A DNA stretch of 64,000 bases from Mobula hypostoma (lineage: Eukaryota), in the NCBI RefSeq assembly GCF_963921235.1, contig NC_086109.1, forward strand, positions 6,760,001 to 6,824,000. The letters are read 5' to 3'. Made by a program: the position numbers and the translations under genes. Shown here one piece after another: positions 60,006 to 64,000 of the stretch (position 1 is the stretch's first letter; every line of letters begins with the position of its first letter). The notes below the pieces were generated by a model. The model saw only the letters and a program-made list of their open reading frames with translations, had not been told where the DNA came from and did no database searches.

Positions 60006-60772
60006 AATAAAGAGAAAGATTAGCTTTATTTGTCACATATACATTGAGGCCTACTGTGAAATGTGTAATTTGATTCAAATCAAATTAGACTGAGCTTGGC
60101 CAATATAGCATGCCCACAGCTCACTAACAGAATATGGAGGAAACTGGAGCACCCAGAGAAAACACATGTGGTCACAGGGACTGCATACAAACTCCTTACA
60201 GACAGTGGTGGGAATTGAACCCTGATCTTACAGCGCTGTAAGATGTTATGCTCACACCTATGCTCCTGTGTTGCCCCTTCGCAACTCTATTTCATGGTCC
60301 ACTATCCTCTCCTATCAGATTCTACCTTCTTCAGCTTTGTTACTTCCACCTATCACATTGCAGCTTCTTACATCAGTCCTACTCTCCCCCTCTCCCTCAC
60401 CTGCCTATCACCTGCCAGCTCTTACTCTTGTCTTTGGCCTCACCCCTATATGCTGACTATCTCCCCTCTGTCCAGTCCTGACGAAGGGTCGCAGTGCACC
60501 ACCCTGACTGTCCCTTTCCCTCCAGCGATTAGATTAGGTTTATGTATCTATCACCCGTACATCAAAACATACAGTGAGGTGTGTTGTTTGCATCAACAAC
60601 AAATACAATGTAAGAATGTGACGTAGTCAGCCCGGAAGGGTCGCTCCACATGCCAACAATGTTCAGTAGAACACAGACAGACAACACGCACACGCAACAA
60701 CACCCTTTCCCAGCTCCCCAACCAAACACAAAGATGGACTTCCAGCCTCAGGATAGGCTGCCTCCAGGCCTC

Positions 60773-61214
60773 AACCTTCAGACTGTGACCCTGAGGTCAT
60801 AGATGTCAGGACTCTAACCTCCAGACTGTGACCCTGGGGTCGTAGATGTCAGGACTCTAACCTCCAGACTGTGACCCTGGTGTCGTAGATGTCAGGACTC
60901 TAACCTCCAGACTGTGACCCTGGGGTCGTAGATGTCAGGACTCTAACCTCCAGACTGTGACCCTGGTGTCGTAGATGTCAGGACTCTAACCTCCAGACTG
61001 TGACCCTGGGCTCGTAGATGTCAGGACTCTAACCTCCAGACTGTGACCCTGGTGTCGTAGATGTCAGGACTCTAACCTCCAGACTGTGACCCTGAGGTCA
61101 TAGATGTCAGGACTCTAACCTCCAGACTGTGACCCTGGGCTCGTAGATGTCAGTACTCTAACCTCCAGACTGTGACCCTGGTGTCGTAGATGTCAGGACT
61201 CTAACCTCCAGACT
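60773..61214. repeat. 43-bp tandem repeat, ~10 copies
   Basis: Unit AACCTCCAGACTGTGACCCTGGGGTCGTAGATGTCAGGACTCT; no unique spacers. Confidence 0.95.
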
Positions 61215-61437
61215 TGTTGACCATGATGCTGCCAGACCTGCTGTGTTCCTCCAATATTTTGTGTGTTGCTCCAGATTTCCAGCATATGAACCTTCATTTA
61301 AGCTTCCCTTTCGAGCGATTCCTCGAGTGCTTGACATTTCCACCCTGGGAAAAGAACATTGCCTACCCTCTCATTATTGAGTGAACTTCTGTCAGCACAA
61401 CCTCCAGTGCTCCAGGGACAACAACCCAAATGTGTTC

Positions 61438-62321
61438 TGTCACGTACTCCGTGATGGGGATAAAGAAACCAGCAGAATTAGAAACCACTTTGGAGTCCAG
61501 TGTTGCTGTAAACTACTAATATTTATTAGTAACTACGCAATACAGTAATATCAATGTAAATAAATCACACAGGTTAGCAATGATTATATATCAAAGTAAG
61601 TGTGGAATATATATGTATGAAAACTAAGCTTCTTTAAGTCTAGGGGTAAAAAGGTACAGTCTTACCATGTTGAGTAAAGTTCAGTTCAGTTCAGTTCGTG
61701 GTATTAGTTGAGTAGTGATGGAGAAAGAGGGAGAGATTTGAGTCTTCAGGTGAGCTGATGCCGTCGATCTTCTTGTCGTCCTCCAAAATCCTTTACAAGT
61801 CACCGACTGTGACTTTAACCAGGGGGACCGGTTTTCCTGTGGTGGAGCTATCACCCCGGCAAGGGTGGACACATAGACAACTCCCCACCGGTCAACCCCT
61901 TCTTCACCACTGGAATAGCAATTTGGATCGATCCGCCTGATCGATCCTCCAAAAACCCACTTTCTCTGCGGGCACAACAATGTTCATTCAGTGTCCAGAT
62001 CATGTGCCTGAGGTCTGTATCATCTGACCCCCCATTTAATTCACCAGACTGAGCATCACCTGTCATTCAAAGAGTCCCTCCTTCCTTTGTCTGCAAAGAA
62101 ATGCAAGCAGGCAACCTGTCCTTGAAAGTAACATCAACAATTTGCCTTTGGTCACCACAGCAACTTTCGAGCTGCTCGGTGCTGTCTCCAAACCCAACCC
62201 AAATCCAAAGTTACTTCCAATGCCTTAAAGTGACAGTCCAACTGTTAATCTTCATCTCTCTCTCTCTCTCTCTCTCTTTTCAAAAGCACAGTTAATAGGA
62301 GTACTCCAGGATCTCCTCACA
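61438..62321 (-). mobile_element. solo LTR of the same family, inverted
   Basis: Reverse-complement homologue of 12690-13649; TG...CA termini; flanks GTTC/GTCC. Confidence 0.8.
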
Positions 62322-63249
62322 GTCCAAACCTCTCCCTATAGATACAATCCCTTTCTAAACTCTTCAATCCATTTTCACATTTTAATGAAATGTGTTAATG
62401 AAAATGCTAAATATCAAGAAGGGAATAGATAACACCATAAGACATTGGAGCATAATTAGGCCTCTTGGCCCATGGAGTCTGCTCCGCCATTTCATCATGG
62501 ATGACCCATCTCCCTCTCAGCCTCAATCTCCTCCCCTCTCCCCGTATCCCTTCACGCACTGACTAGTCAACCATCACCAATGTTATGTTTTGAAACTTCA
62601 AAACATTAAACTAATTTAAAAGGAGACATGGGAGTCTGAAGCATGGGACTAACTTCATGTTTACTTTGAGCGAGGTGCACGCATATCATGTGGTAGCACG
62701 ATGATGTATGCAATTCACGTATTTATACGTATATGGTAACCTGTAAATGAGTTATTTAAACAAACGGGAATGCTTAATATAAGATAGGATAAGATAAAAC
62801 TATTTATCCTGACGGAGATGTAACGTAAAGATTTTTACTCCTCACGTATGTGAAGGATGTAAGAAATAAAGTCAATTCAATTATTGTTGCAAGGTTGTTC
62901 AGTCAGAAATATATACTTTAAAATGCAAAATGTAAGCATTGAGGTATGAAAAAATACAAAATATGCATTAAAAATAGAGCAGAATACAGATGTGCAATGA
63001 AACCATATACTTATGGAGGAGGAGTTGTAGGGTCTTATAGCCACAGGGTGAAAGGATCTCCTGTGGCGTTCAGTGGTGAATCTCGGTGGATTCAGTCCGT
63101 TACTAAAGGTGCTCCTCTGTTTGTCCGGCAAGTCATAGAGGGGCCAGAGGGATTGTCCATAACGCTCTGTAGCTTCTGCAGAATCCTCCTCTCCGAGTGT
63201 ACAGCCATGGGCTCAGCACACAGCCCTGGGGGGCACCCATGATGAGAAT

Positions 63250-64000
63250 GATAAGACCATAAGATATAGGAGCAGAAGTAGGCCATTCGGTCCATTGAAT
63301 CTGGTCTGCAATTCAATCATGGGCTGACCCAATTCTTCCAGTCATGCCTTCTCCCTGCCTTTGGCTAATCAAGAACCTATCTATCTCTGCCTTAAATACA
63401 CCCAATGGCTTGGCCTCCACAGCTACTCGTGGCAACAAATTCCATGGATTTACCACCCTCTGACTAAAGTAGTTTCTCCGCATCTCAGTTCTAAAAGGAT
63501 GTTCTTCAATTCTGAAGTCATGCCCTCTTGTCCTAGAATATGGAAATAACTTTGCCATATCTAACCTGTTCAGGCCTTTCGACATTCGGAATGTTTCTAT
63601 GAAATCCCCCCTCATTCTCCTGACTCCAGGGAATACAGCCCAAGAGCTGCCAGATGTTCCTCATGCAGTAACCCTTTCATTCCTGGAATCATTCTTGTGA
63701 ATCTTCTCTGAACTCTCTCCAATGTCAGTATGTCCTTTCTAAAATAAGGAGCCCAAAACTGCACACAATATTCCAAGTGTGGTCTCACGAGTGCCTTATA
63801 GAGCCTCAACATCACATCCCTGCTCTTATATTCTATACCTCTGGAAATGAAAGCCAACAATGCATTTTCCTTCTTCACAACTGACTCAACCTGGAGGTTA
63901 AACTTTAGGGTATCTTGTGCAAGGACACCAAAGTCTCTTTGCATCTCTGCATTTTGAATTCTCTCCCCATCTAAATAATAGTCTGCCCGTTCATTTCTTC
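63250..64000 (-). mobile_element. CR1 3' fragment running off the window end
   Basis: [30 protein letters not shown]. Confidence 0.9.

Noticed and set aside
60773..61214. CRISPR-like appearance of the regular 43-bp repeats (also considered for the 28-bp array)
   Set aside because: No unique spacers, no cas genes, eukaryotic context

Overview
This is repeat-rich vertebrate genomic DNA, most likely from a cartilaginous fish (inferred from the HE1/V-SINE, CR1, Rex1/L2 and Penelope repeat content). It is not prokaryotic. One host gene can be fully rebuilt by eye: an intact 11-exon GH18 chitinase of the CHIA/AMCase type on the + strand (ATG 28851, TAA 55911, 1437 nt CDS, 478 aa). It has a signal peptide, the [11 protein letters not shown] catalytic motif, a Gly/Ser linker and a C-terminal CBM14 domain. 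A TATA/GATA promoter lies upstream, and there is a probable extra 3'-UTR exon near 58.3 kb. Intron 1 carries a ~5.5 kb 28-bp minisatellite with higher-order structure and a ~1.07 kb pure purine tract. The rest is nested transposable elements: a TSD-bounded full-length RTE LINE, CR1, Rex1/L2 and I-clade fragments, two related solo LTRs, mariner/Tc1 MITEs and tRNA-derived SINEs. The most striking non-genic signal is a Penelope-like retroelement family whose 3' end carries a minimal type I hammerhead ribozyme motif. This motif occurs in a TSD-bounded element with ~640-bp inverted arms inside chitinase intron 5, as 110-135 bp stand-alone TSD-flanked units, and as head-to-head fold-back dimers. Most long ORFs in the supplied track are repeat artefacts.
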